Below, in pieces: positions 1-11,387 of a stretch of DNA of 20,000 nucleotides; positions within the stretch are counted from its first letter, which is position 1, and every line of letters starts with the position of its first letter. The notes beneath the pieces were generated by a model. The model had not been told where the DNA came from and did no database searches. It was given only the letters and a program-made list of their open reading frames with translations. The stretch is from Priapulus caudatus (taxonomy: Eukaryota). Both the position numbers and the translations under genes were made by a program. The stretch lies in the NCBI RefSeq assembly GCF_000485595.1, contig NW_014577068.1, positions 881,462 to 901,461 on the forward strand, in the 5' to 3' direction.

Positions 1-2552
1 TGGCCCACTGGTGAATTTGATTTATAGTTAATTGCTGGTAAATTAAGCAAAAGCTTGCGTTTTAAAATGGGGAAAGTACTCTTGGTTAAAAAATGATGGA
101 AATGAAGTGCAGAAATCTCGTGAAACAATAGAGTGTGCGTGTCTTCGCACGTCAAAGGCATTTCTATAAAACTGATATTTCAACTGCGGCCAATGTGAAG
201 TTGCGCCCATCCATTTATTGATGAAGATGGCTGGAATATTTAAAATTACGTAATCCTTTAACAGTAGCTAAGCTCCTGTTCGTTTTTCTGAGTAGTGTAA
301 TTAATAACCAGTGGGAAATTTAAACACCAGGCTGTGGCCGCATAAATTCTTTATATTGCGTAACGAGTTCGTTTATGTGTTTGTATCGACGCTTTCCAAT
401 CGCGATCGCTCTCCGTCACGTCCAATATGTGACACCCGACTGTTGTCGCGAGACTTCTCACGTTCACGAATTATCTGCGACGAACATTTCTAGACTGACA
501 CCGTACGTCGTTGAGAAGTAACGACAGTGAAACGTGACGACGGTCGGGGTCCAACTGGAACCCTGTCTGTAGCGTACATCTATAGGTTATAATCACTGCA
601 CCTGTACTGTGGAGGTGTGAGAGCTGTGTGTGTGTGTGAGGGGAGGTGCGGTGTGAGTAATGGCGTGCCGTGGTGATTGTGGAGCGTGCAAACGTGAAAT
701 TACAGGTCGTCTCTGTCCACATTCGTCTGGATTAGCACGCGTAGCTGGTAAAGTGGGTTGCACCGCCGCCGCGCGCATCACGCTGTGAGCTCTTCTTTAA
801 TTTGCCGCCGTATGTGTGTATGATTTGTACGTGTCGCGCCCAGCTGCTCCTTCTATTCCGTTTGCCATTATGTCGGACAGAGAGAGATTCGTACCCGCGA
901 GACGATTTTAAACGCGCTTTAAGTATTCATGAAAGAATGGAATTTGTGCTGAATTAAAACTAAGTTAAACCAGCTGTCTGATGTTCGCATATATTATTTT
1001 TCTCGTAAAAAATGTTGTTTACCGATGCCTGCATGACTATCTCATGAATCATACTAGCTATAACTCTAGACGTGATGCGGCCATGATGCCGAGGCGCGCC
1101 GAGGATTGACACTTTGTGTCTTCCAATCACAGCCTATGCCGCACCAGTCACTGATATTTTTAAAGAGGGGGACCCATTGGACCACCAAATCGCCGATCTC
1201 AGGAACTAGGGCATTCTGCTAGGCTAGAACGGTTTCCTACGATAGAGTTTGGCACAAATACGAAAATAACACGCTGTTTAACGCACTGCACTACGTCCTT
1301 CTGTTGCATTTTCGCATTTCCGTAATCAGAATATAAGCCCCGCCTTCTTCGTTGATGGGCATGAATGGGGCGTGACCTACGTCACCAGTTCCTGTACCTA
1401 CTGTCTCTCGCCAGCCTGTTTACTTTTTGTAAATAATGAAATGCCCGGCTGATGCATTTCGCATCAAAGAGGAAAATTTTCAGCATTTTCACTCGCTGTC
1501 GGAATTAGTGAACGAGTGCGTCATTCATTGAACATTTCAGCAAAACACGTACAGCACACTGCACGACAGAGGTTGCAATGACGTCACTGTCAAAATTGCC
1601 CAACCGTCCAGCCTCATCCAATGAACGCCATAAAAATTTCCAAGTCACGCCACCGTCTTCTTTTGCTGACTCGATCGTAAGCAGAAGTTATAGTAAATTG
1701 GTTTGTTGTTTTGAAAATAAATTGTACGTTTAGAAAATGAATTTTTACAATGATGTGAAGGAACTTGTATATCAGGCAATTATTTTGGAAAGTTGTGAAT
1801 TAATTTGCAAGTTAATAAATTGATTTGTTATTCTGTGAATTGATTTTAAATCTTGAATTTAAATTTTTTGAACAATATAAAGTAATTTATATTTTTATTA
1901 ATTAATTTGAAATGTTTTAAATTGATTTAAAATTGTGTATTTGAAATGTTTGAAAATGATTTTTGAAGGGGATGGCTTTCCATAGAGTAGTATAGCGCCC
2001 ATGTTACGCACAATGGATATAGAGGCAGTACGTGTTGGTACACAAAACGGTTAGGTAGTTTTGGTAATCCTGCTAGCAGATTCAACAGATGAATTCAGGA
2101 GATGTTTCTCCTTTATTATGACTAATTATTGAAGTGCTGCATAACAACATTAAACAGCGGCCTACGCATTCATTCTAATATCGAGTTTTGTTGAATTAAA
2201 GACCCCCAGGCCCTAAATATCACATACAACGACAACGTAAATCTCTTTCTTGGCGTGTAGAATGCGTGTTTTGGCGCGTTCTTCTACGCACGAGTGAATC
2301 TCGGGGTTTTACGGCCAGTCATGAGTCATCAGCGTCTCGGTATAGATGCTTGCGGAAAATGTGTGACGGTATGGGACCGATGTCTGCATCACTGGCAGTT
2401 TGAAACGTGTGATTGAACATGCAGCATCTGATTGAAGCGCATGAAAGGGGAAAAGATTTGTAGGCGTGTATTTCGTTCGACCCATTTTTTGATTCCTCCA
2501 GAACAAAAGATCTCCATCAAAGCATGTGAATACTATATATAATAATATAATG

Positions 2553-2917
2553 TTTTTAGCTCATCTGATGTGCAGCTTGTAGAATCGCATGATCGTCTGT
2601 GCGTCCGGCCGTCCGTCAACAGTTGGGCACACATCTTAACCGCTCGACGTACGGTGACGATATTCGGGACGTCGGGGGAGGGGGGGATCGTGAAAAGGAC
2701 TCAGGATGACAAATTTGGGGGTCAAGGGTCAAAGGTCAAGATGTGTAAACGGAGGGGGAATATTTCCTCCTTAACTTAAGGTATAGGAGGAAATACGGAA
2801 TTGCGGCACAAATCTTAACGGCTTGATCGCCCTAGCTATATGCTCTTAATATTCGGTGTATAGTGTGATGGGCAGGAAACCCATCACCAGTGCGAAATTG
2901 GAGGTCACAGGTCAAAG
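2553..2917 (+). mobile_element. Helentron-associated (HINE/DINE-1-like) non-autonomous element, 5' part, copy 1
   Basis: Starts with TTTTTAGCTCATCTGA (T-run plus subTIR-like GCTCATCTGA at 2559-2568). Followed by a GTCC-type tract (gtccggccgtccgtc) and AGGTCAAAGGTCA-type motifs. Colinear over ~360 bp with 6489-6850 (shared tgcagcttgtagaat, ggggaggggg, ggggaatatt, ggcacaaat, tatgctctt, aggtcacagg). Family call is from recalled HINE architecture. Confidence 0.65.
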
Positions 2918-4092
2918 GGCAGTCATTTGTTGTTGAAGACTGACTTTATTAGTAAACAGTACGATACAAATATATATATACACTACGGGCCGACCTAGGC
3001 ACCCAAGCCTATAGGGGAGTATAGGCCCTGGCCGGCCGGCCGTGTCTCGTCTTCGTCCGCTATACATCTTGAAAGGAATGACCATGTAATAACTCACGTA
3101 TGATCTGGGTAATGACTCTCTGATCTTTCGTCCGTGTCTATTTATTTGTTTTCGAAAACCGCCCGGCGACATTTCAATCCGACCCCCGGCCAATCACCGT
3201 CTGGGTCTATGGGGTTAGGGTGCGCGCAGTGGGTTACATTACAATAACAACAATAACTTGCTAGGGTTAGAAGTTTAGACAATTAGTTGCAAAGCCCTAA
3301 TTAGTCCGCATGCAGCCCTATACGATACAACAGTAGCATCGCATGCAGGAAGCACTAGATCTGCTCATGTTTGAGCAGTAAAATGTAAAAGAAGATTATT
3401 ATAATCGGCTTATATTGCAGATACGTGTATTCGATGTTTCAAGGACATCCTGTTTTGAAAATAATAAGTACAAAGGTCTAGGTTGCAGATGGGAATTGTA
3501 TAATTTGATAGTTAAATTTAGTAAATTTGATAGTTAATTATACTTCGTATATACGTCGCGGAATGTACTGTTATCTGGGTCGTATAAATATAGGATGTTT
3601 CTTGCGCAATGTGGAAGTAACGCGTATACGTATTTTGTTTCGAACGTTAGAACGCGCCGGTTGAACGTGCAACGCGATATGTGTATGTTGTTGTGAAATC
3701 GAGACGTGTATCGTTTATAGGTAAATGACCACATGAGAATCCTGTCAGAGGCAGTACGTGCTTTAAACACTGGTTATCGATCATGGCCTTCGATTGACCC
3801 GTGTCGTAGTTGTAGTGGTGCAGCTTGGGCGCGCGTACGAGGCGGCCTATGCCTACTAATATTACATGCAATGTTTGCGCTAGATCGCAGGCAGAAAAAT
3901 AACCACCAACGCGAAGGCAGATTCAGAATGTTTGGAGCATCTTCAAATGCGCTGTACAGTATAATACCAGGAATCTGCTGGCCCTATATACTACTCACCG
4001 CAGTGAGAACAGAATCATCGTATGGATCAACTAGTTCGCTATATCGAGTCGGGGCCGCGGCGCTTCTACCCTGATCTGGCCTAGCAAAAATG

Positions 4093-4152
4093 CATATATA
4101 TATATACACATATATATACATATATGTAATTGTGTGTGCATGTGTACGTGCG

Positions 4153-4202
<50 letters not shown>

Positions 4203-4430
4203 CTATGTGAGTGTGCGTGGCGTGTGTGTGCGTGTGTGTTGTGTGTGTGTGTGATGTGTGCGTGCGTGCGTGCGTGCGTGCGTGCGTGTGTGTCTGTGTT
4301 TGTGTGTGACTATGTGCGTGTGCGTGTGTGCGTGCGTGCGTGCGTGCGTGGGTGCGTGCGTACGGGCGTGCGTGCGTGCGTGCGTGTGTGTGTATGTGTG
4401 TGTTTGCGCGCGTGCGTGCATGCGTGCGTG
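4093..4430. repeat. Compound microsatellite (TA)n/(GT)n/(GTGC)n
   Basis: Directly visible; accounts for the ORFs at 4203-4682. Confidence 0.97.
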
Positions 4431-6850
4431 TTTTCGGTTACCCGACCGACTTTACCTTATTGCATTGCCCAAAAGAAGATTTCTGACTGCCGACCCGCTC
4501 TCACCTCAGGTGCTTCAATATACGCCCACCTTGACACCTCTCTTTGTTTGTTTTCTTGTCTCATGTTACATCTGTCCTCGGCTCCATTGAGGAAGAAAGA
4601 AGGCACTTGTTTGTTCGATAGCCTACCATGTTTCAGTGACCGTAAAATATTACGCACGTACCCTATAGCAATTTGGCAATAATAAGGTGGTCACACAAAC
4701 ATGTTTCTGGCTTCCTACGTACGTATACTGGGTAGATGTAGACTGTTTTGTGTTACACTAATATTTAATTCAATATGACCAGAAACGAACGTATTTTTTG
4801 TTTGGCTTTACCACACTCTAATATTGGGATTAGTAATAGTATAGCAGATTAAAAAATTAGGAGCTGACTGGAAATCAATAATAATTAAAATTAACAAGTA
4901 ATAACAATTATTGTCAATTGATTATTGTATACCCAGGGAGTGCGCGGAGCTTCTTTTGCGTTTTTGTGTCTTCCGGATTTTTTTTGCATTCATGTTTTCT
5001 GTGTTTGTTTTTTTGTGTTTATAAAATATATATGTAATTATGCGTGGTCAGAGCTGATGCGAAAAATACAAGAAAATACTTGCCAACTGCTAGCAGGGAC
5101 AAGTTTGAAAAAAGGGATGAAAAAATTAAGTGATCCGGCTCGTAACTCCTTGTTACTCCTCTAGTAGTTGCAGCTGGTGATAAAGCTAGGCCAAGAACTG
5201 CGTCTGCCCCATATTTCTGTTCACATCTCCTCCCCATTTAGAAGTCAGTCGTTGAAACAGTATACGTTTGTAAAAGCAATTTTTCAAAATTTCCAGACAA
5301 ATTGATTTCCCATTCTCTAGTTGCAGGCAGTTAGTCTGGAATACATGCGCATATGACAGCAGTTTGCGTTAACAGAAATTTATGGCTTTAATGTAGATAT
5401 TTTTTTGCGTCCAATAAATTAGGGTTTTAACTGGAGAATCAGCAATGAAACTCCATTACTAGAGCAGTGCTATTCTCCGGATTTTCTGTGCAACTTGAAT
5501 TACTGTGTGCACCAATATTGCTCACAATATGAGCTATGTTTCAGTTTGAGTTGCAACTGATACTCGAACAGAATAGCACTATATGAAGTATTATTTCTGC
5601 GTGTTTATATTTTGTAGAAAATTGGTAGTATTATTTGCAGTGACGTAATCCCACTAAGTGATAAAGGATCGTAATATTCTAAATTTCACTATTAATTTTA
5701 GTTGTAGTAAGCATATATTTATGCCAAATAGAAATTTTTAGTAATTATTATATTTATAAATCGAATTTCACCTTTTTTGACAAATTACAAGTTCCTGTCT
5801 TTAGTGTCCTATAATGTAAATGCGTATGAACATTTTCAAAGTGCAACTCTCGCCCAACTTTTACCCCATACACATACTGGTATTATTTAAGTGCATTTTT
5901 TTATTGATTTCTTTATATTAGTAGCAAGAAATCGTGGATGCAGACTAAATCTATCATAATTTAATTGAAAATCGAGCTAAAAGTCAGGCCATTGTTATCA
6001 TTTAAATGCATAATTTTTCCTATAAATACGTTAGCATGTCACAGTTATTTTTCATCGCTTAAATTACTCGCAATTTAATATAAATGCTAATAGCAGGTGA
6101 TATTTTTTGGAATTTCATTATTGGTCATCAGTTACACTTAACGAATATCATCAATCATACATCATACAATTAACATATCATTCATAATTATATAATTAAC
6201 GAAGATCAAAGATAATAAGTTAATCATATGGCTGCTTTTTGCAAGATAGCCGTTTTTCCAGTGATTGACTATTTCTTTTAATAATCGATTATGTATTATG
6301 TTATTAGCTGCTGCAAGTGATTGATTTTCATATATAGTCAATAATCAAGACAACATTACTAACGAAGCATATGGCACATACAGCGTTGCTCGTGTGAGTG
6401 CAGGAGCGGTCCAGCAAACCTAGCTGACAGTGAAATGAGCAGAAATGCAATCTTCTGTATACTGTAACTGTGTGTGTAGGTTTCCTCATTATTAGCTCAT
6501 TTGACACGGTCAGATGCAGCTTGTAGAATGTCAGGAGCGCGCCCGTCCGCCCATCCGTCCATCCGTCAGCAGTATGAATGCAAACCTGAACGTCTCAGCT
6601 CACGTTATTATAATTCGAGATGTAGGGGAGGGGGGCATCCAGAAACGACATTGGGAGGTTGAAGCTGGCGTCAAGTTACAAAGGTCACTGGGCGTGACAA
6701 GAAGGGGAATATTCTGCCCTTAACTGACCAACATGGAGGAATTGTATAATTGGGGCACAAATATCAGTTGCTTGACCTATGCTCTTGATATTTTTTATAC
6801 AGAGACAGAGTGAGGGAAGTCAGTAGCTTGACAAAATTTAAGGTCACAGG

Positions 6851-7687
6851 TAGGGGTGCACCGGAACTTGGATTCCTTCCGGAACTATCTGGCCGGATCC
6901 CCAATTTTTTAAACTTCCGGTTCCGGCCGGAACCCTTCAGGAACAGTCGGCCGGAACCGGAACTTTTTCCTAGTTTCATTTCTGCTACAAGCGTCATCAA
7001 GATCAAAAGCTCAGTCACTGAATGTAGTTGAGCGTCAATAGAGTCAACTTGCTGACAATATAGTGTTAACAACTTCACACTAGTCTGCCCAGAAAACGTT
7101 TGCCACTTGAATATCGGCTAACTAACTGAACTGAAGCTAACTGATGTTAGGTGATTCATGAGATTTAAAAAAAAAAAAAAACTCTTAGAGCCACAGGAAT
7201 GGCATCTGTTTGTTAGTTGAAAATAATCGACTAAAACCAGGGATACTGCAACATGCAGCTCGCGAATAAGATGCCAGAATTATGCACTGTAAGCAGATGA
7301 TTCATACATCTAACAACCATCTTGTAATGAGAACTTTGTAGCATTGAGAACAATGAGAACAATGTAGAATGTGAACATGTAGACAATGATAACATGTATA
7401 TAATGAGAACATGAGACATGAGAACATGAGAACATGTGACATAATGAGAACATGAGACATAATGAGAACATGTAGAACAATGAGCATTGTCCTACTCGCC
7501 GGAGTGATGGGCCTGCTAATAATATTTCGTTCAGGCCGAGTGAGTTAATTTGCGCAATACTGGGCCAATTAAAACCACCGGCTTAAGTTCCGGTTCCGGC
7601 CAGGTAATTTCGGCCGGAACTTTTTTCAAGTTCCGGCTGGTTCTGGTTCCGGCCGGAACTTCAAAAGTTGGATCCGGTGCACCCCTA
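6851..7687. mobile_element. Non-autonomous hAT-superfamily DNA transposon (837 bp)
   Basis: Perfect 15-bp TIR TAGGGGTGCACCGGA (6851-6865 / 7673-7687). Exact 8-bp TSD GTCACAGG (6843-6850, 7688-7695). Clustered subterminal CCGGAAC/GTTCCGG motifs at both ends. No transposase. Confidence 0.93.
7325..7488. repeat. Degenerate (ATGAGAAC)-type minisatellite inside the hAT element
   Basis: Repeated aatgagaac/atgagac/atgtagaac units. Confidence 0.85.
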
Positions 7688-7830
7688 GTCACAGGTCAAA
7701 TGGAGGTTGGGAAAGGAAAGAATTCTGACATTTTCGGAAGACATGGTCTGGTGGACCGAGTGGAAAACTTTGTTCGTTGCAGAGGTGACCAACCATTTTC
7801 ATGAATTCACTGACAGGACCATGATATTAT

Positions 7831-8517
7831 CAGGAGTAAGATAATATAGGAGGAGTATGACACTCCAAAACACGTGAAATTCAACATTTGCTTGCCTAAT
7901 TTTACCGATGATATATTACGTGCAACTCGATAAAAATTACATCTAAATTAGCGTTGGACATCCACCTCTCACTCAAAATTTACTTAGTTTCCATACCTCT
8001 TCTTTTTATGGAGATATAGCTTTGAACGTCACACATGGTTCATAGCGTTTGACTAGGCTTGTGGCTTAGCTTTCCTCGCCTTCCGAACTGTTGTTATGCA
8101 AGTGAGGAATGGTCTCTTGTCTGTTCACAAGAATGCCCCCTGTTGGCGGTGGCAAGCGGGGTGCGATGGGGGGTTTGAAAGTACGTGTAACCGTAACCGC
8201 CAACAGGGGGCATTCTTGTAAACAGACAAGAGACCATTCCTCACTTGCATAACAACAGTTCGGAAGGCGAGGAAAGCTAAGCCACAAGCCTAGTCAAACG
8301 CTATGAACCATGTGTGACGTTCAAAGCTATATCTCCATAAAAAGAAGAGGTATGAAAACTATAAGTAAAGTTTGAGTGAGAGGTGGATGTCCAAAGCTAA
8401 TTTAGATGTAATTTTTATCGAGTTGCACGTAATATATCATCGGTAAAATTGGGCAAGCAAATGTTGAATTTCACGTGTTTTGGAGTGTCATACTCCTCCT
8501 ATATTATCTTACTCCTG
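7831..8517. mobile_element. Foldback (palindromic) non-autonomous DNA transposon, P/Galileo-like (687 bp)
   Basis: Arms 7831-8150 and 8196-8517 are reverse complements (about 5 substitutions and one 2-bp indel by eye) around a 45-bp spacer. Termini CAGGAG...CTCCTG. Exact 7-bp TSD ATATTAT (7824-7830, 8518-8524). Superfamily is inferred. Confidence 0.9.
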
Positions 8518-8609
8518 ATATTATGTACATCCCACTCATGTACAAAGAACGTCTGTGCTGTCACCTGTTGACCCTAAAGAGGAAGGTCGAACATTTATTG
8601 TTAACAAAT

Positions 8610-8770
8610 GACTAGAATTCTACTTGAATATTCAAGTTCAGATGGACTTGAATGTTCATGTTAATTCATCTTATTTCCACTGTTAAAAGAACTTGCATTT
8701 TCCTGAATTAACTTGCTGGTATTTGGATGGGAAATTCAAAATATTCGAGAAAATTCAAGTTCAATGTATT
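8610..8770. repeat. TTCAAGT/ACTTGAA motif-rich repeat fragment
   Basis: Shares attcaagttcag..gacttgaat and aacttgcattttc..gaattaactt with 11080-11387. Confidence 0.6.
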
Positions 8771-8968
8771 GAAAAATGGTACACACTGCTTCTCTGCTTA
8801 GCACTCAGCAAAAAGAGATAGAGTGTGGAAACATACGTTAGTAGGAGTTGCGACCGCTAATGTTTTCCTAGCAATCGAAAAAGACATGAAGAGTACACCC
8901 ACTCACCACGACTTCGGGCGCGCCAGACGGATGATGAGGAAACCCGACAAAATTTATTTATTTTATTA
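8771..8968 (+). mobile_element. Probable 5'-truncated SINE with a Meta-like central domain
   Basis: AAAAATGGTACACACTGCTTCTCTGCTTAGCACTCAGCA resembles the MetaSINE core as I recall it. Ends in a (TTTA)-like tail at 8952-8968. No tRNA-derived head (A/B boxes) is visible. Confidence 0.5.
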
Positions 8969-9041
8969 AAATAATTTTAATATAATAATAAATAAAACTA
9001 ACTAGTGGTAGATGAAATGACACTACTGTATTATATTACTT

Positions 9042-9200
9042 ATTCTGAGAGTAGACGAAATGGGAGTAGGCGAAATGGGAATATTGCTGATTCTGAGAGT
9101 AGACGAAATGGGAGTAGGCGAAATGGGAATATTGCTGATTCTGAGAGTAGACGAAATGGGAGTAGGCGAAATGGGAGTATACTGAGTAGGCCAACTGGGA
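9042..9200. repeat. 48-bp tandem repeat (~3 copies) built from 16-bp GAGTAGRCGAAATGGG subunits
   Basis: Units start at 9042, 9090 and 9138. Degenerate subunits occur at 9007-9019 and 9184-9200. Confidence 0.95.
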
Positions 9201-9411
9201 TGTTGTAATACCGAGAAAGCGCCCAGGTTCAAGAAAATGCTAGTATTAAATAAACATGTAAGTCATTAATTTTACACACTTCTAAACATTTCGAAATTGA
9301 ATCAAGGTCATTCCAATAATAGGTCAATGTTATAATTTACACAGAAAGATAGACTGGACGACGAATGACAAAATTTTACATGTGCAAAGTAAACGTTGAC
9401 TGCATGTTTAA

Positions 9412-10285
9412 AGTGTCTACGTCACGAATTTCCTGAAATTTACAGTTGAAAACCTTATTTTTGTAATTTTTTTACATCAAAAGTTAGTACTAACGTTACT
9501 AAATATATCCTAAAGCTCTCACCTGATATAAATGTTTTTACGTTGGTTAAATTTGCAAAAATCTTGACGATTTGAATTAGTGTTACCTAACACTATTTAC
9601 ACAATACTGGCGTCACTCGGTTGCTGCACTGGTTGCTGCACTGGTTGCTGTGGTCGATGTCATCGTGATTTGTGTATGGTGCACAAAGTGGTGCCCAAAC
9701 AGTTTCTGTTTATATTTGTGTTGGCTATATAGAATATACAATATAGGAAAAATAAATAATATATGTTCATGTGTATTATGTTTGAAAAATTATTATTAAA
9801 ACTGCGAAATGTTATTTGTGTTTTTTTAATTTTCTGCCAACAAAAATGTTTGTGACATCCCCTTCAGGATCGATCAGAAGCTAGATAAACTAAACGATAA
9901 ACAATGGTGGGCAGACCAGTGCATCGGAAAGAAAACTAAAGAGAAAAAAGCAGAAAGAAGATTATATGAGAAACTCCCGCTTAAGTTTACAAGGAATTTT
10001 CATGGCTGCCACAATAATTTTGCCAATGCCTCGTTTACCGCAAATGTTCGCTATATCGGCTAGCTGCGTCTGGGCGCCACACAATAATTTTCGAATTCAT
10101 GGCGGTTGTTGTTGAATCGAACGTTTGGTTACATCGAATGCACCGGCAAATTAGGGAGTATAAAGAAGGTATATGAGCATGAAAAGTAAATAGAAACGCT
10201 AATTGTATTTTCATACATTTTATTTAGTACAAATAACACACAAATATACTACTTGCTGGTGCTCGAAATTCGTGACGTAGACAGT
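9412..10285. mobile_element. Kolobok-like non-autonomous DNA transposon (874 bp)
   Basis: Perfect 19-bp inverted repeat TGTCTACGTCACGAATTTC (9414-9432 / 10265-10283), 21 bp with one mismatch. Flanked by TTAA at 9408-9411 and 10286-10289. The 5'-AG terminus fits Kolobok rather than piggyBac (CCY). Confidence 0.85.
9619..9650. repeat. 12-bp tandem repeat GGTTGCTGCACT x2.7
   Basis: Directly visible. Confidence 0.9.
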
Positions 10286-10380
10286 TTAATTAGAAGGCTT
10301 ATAAGTTATAACAACTTGGTCGGAGCATGTGTTAATTCTAAGTGGTGTCGTAGGTGTCATCGGTGAATGCAGTCATTAAG

Positions 10381-10547
10381 GCACGAAGGGTCGTTGTCGT
10401 ATAATGGCGTATAATATGTACCCGAGGTAACTATCTGATATGGTTAGGGTTAGGGTGTTAGGGTTAGGGTTAGGGTTAGGGAGTAGACGTAGGCGACATA
10501 CTCGCCGACACCTCGGGTACTACATATACGACAACGGCCCCTTCAGC
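10381..10547. mobile_element. 167-bp MITE with 9-bp TSD (Mutator-like) carrying telomeric repeats
   Basis: Exact 9-bp TSD GTCATTAAG (10372-10380, 10548-10556). Imperfect TIRs (gaagggtcgttgtcgtata...gtacccgaggt versus acctcgggtac...tatacgacaacggccccttc). Internal TTAGGG x6. Confidence 0.85.
10444..10481 (+). repeat. Interstitial telomeric repeat (TTAGGG)2-TG-(TTAGGG)4
   Basis: Directly visible. Confidence 0.95.
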
Positions 10548-11079
10548 GTCATTAAGTAGAGCAAACAAACTAGGGGTAAATTTCAAGTGGTTGCTGAGAG
10601 CAAATGTCGCTAAATACATGTGATAGAACTGAATGTGAATTGCATTATAGGTAGGTAATAGGAAAATATGCGATATTGTTGTGTTTACTCAGGTTTCACG
10701 ACAAATACTATATAACAACAATAGTAGACATATTGACTTGTCTTCTTGTATGTTTTTTAAACACTGATACTGATGGATTAGCTGGATTTTTTTTATTTTA
10801 GCAGTCGTCCTTTTACCCATAATGCTTTGCGCGGTTGCTATACGATGAACACATATGACGTACGCATAGCTATTTATTTATTATGTATTTATTGAAGATA
10901 ACATAATGAACATACTTAACATGATTAACATAAGAAGTCAACATAATAAGAATTAATTTAAAGTTAATTTTAACTAAAAACAAAAAGTGGCCAATGTTTG
11001 ATTTCTTGTCGATGTCGAGGTGACATTTCTCTCAAATGACTCGATCTGCAACATTTATTGATTGATGTCGCACGAATCG

Positions 11080-11387
11080 ACCAGTTATTTCAAGAAATTT
11101 GGACTATACTCAATTCCTAGTGCGGGCTGCTGGAATAAAATACCAGTTATTTCAAGAAATTTGGACTTTTAGGGGATGACAACCTTTAAAATATCAGTTA
11201 TTTCAAGATAACTTGCATTTTCTGAGACTGGAATTAACTTGGATTAACTTGAACTTTAAGTATCTATATTAAGTCCATGTTTATTCATGATAATTCAAGT
11301 TCAGTGACTTGAATAAAACTTGAATAATTCTTGCATTCATGTTATTTCAAGTTCTTTCAAGAAACTGGAATAATATTTTCACACAGG
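11080..11387. repeat. GTTATTTCAAG/AACTTGAA motif-rich repeat, probably a DNA transposon end
   Basis: Exact 26-bp direct repeat ACCAGTTATTTCAAGAAATTTGGACT at 11080 and 11142, with further partial copies. Related to 8610-8770. Ends in TTTTCACACAGG. Confidence 0.6.

Larger units (their letters stand above)
6489..7700 (+). mobile_element. HINE/DINE-1-like element copy 2, interrupted at 6850 by a hAT-type element
   Basis: TTATTAGCTCATTTGAC-acg-GTCAGATGCAGC terminal hairpin (6495-6520), then gtccgcccatccgtccatccgtc. Colinear with 2553-2917, and homology resumes after the insertion (gtcacaggtcaaa, 7688-7700). Confidence 0.65.

Noticed and set aside
2196..2220. TTAAAGACCCCCAGG as a Kolobok left end
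   Set aside because: No matching inverted terminus found in the window.
3733..4074. 113-aa ORF (likewise 14197-14589 and 16541-16831)
   Set aside because: No recognisable domain, coding-like composition or supported splice structure.
4203..4682. Cys/Val/His-rich ORFs (also 11843-12221 and 17442-17793)
   Set aside because: Translations of GT/GTGC microsatellites.
2570..6723. Paralogous small proteins MQLVE... (2570-2779 and 6514-6723)
   Set aside because: The similarity is explained by nucleotide homology of the two HINE-like copies; no recognisable domain.
9005..9232. Repeat-protein ORFs (SESRRNG / PISPT) or a mini-CRISPR
   Set aside because: The frames are open only because the unit is 48 bp, and the linkers are identical rather than unique spacers.
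10444..10481. Chromosome end or fusion scar
   Set aside because: Only six units in a single orientation, enclosed by TIRs and a TSD.
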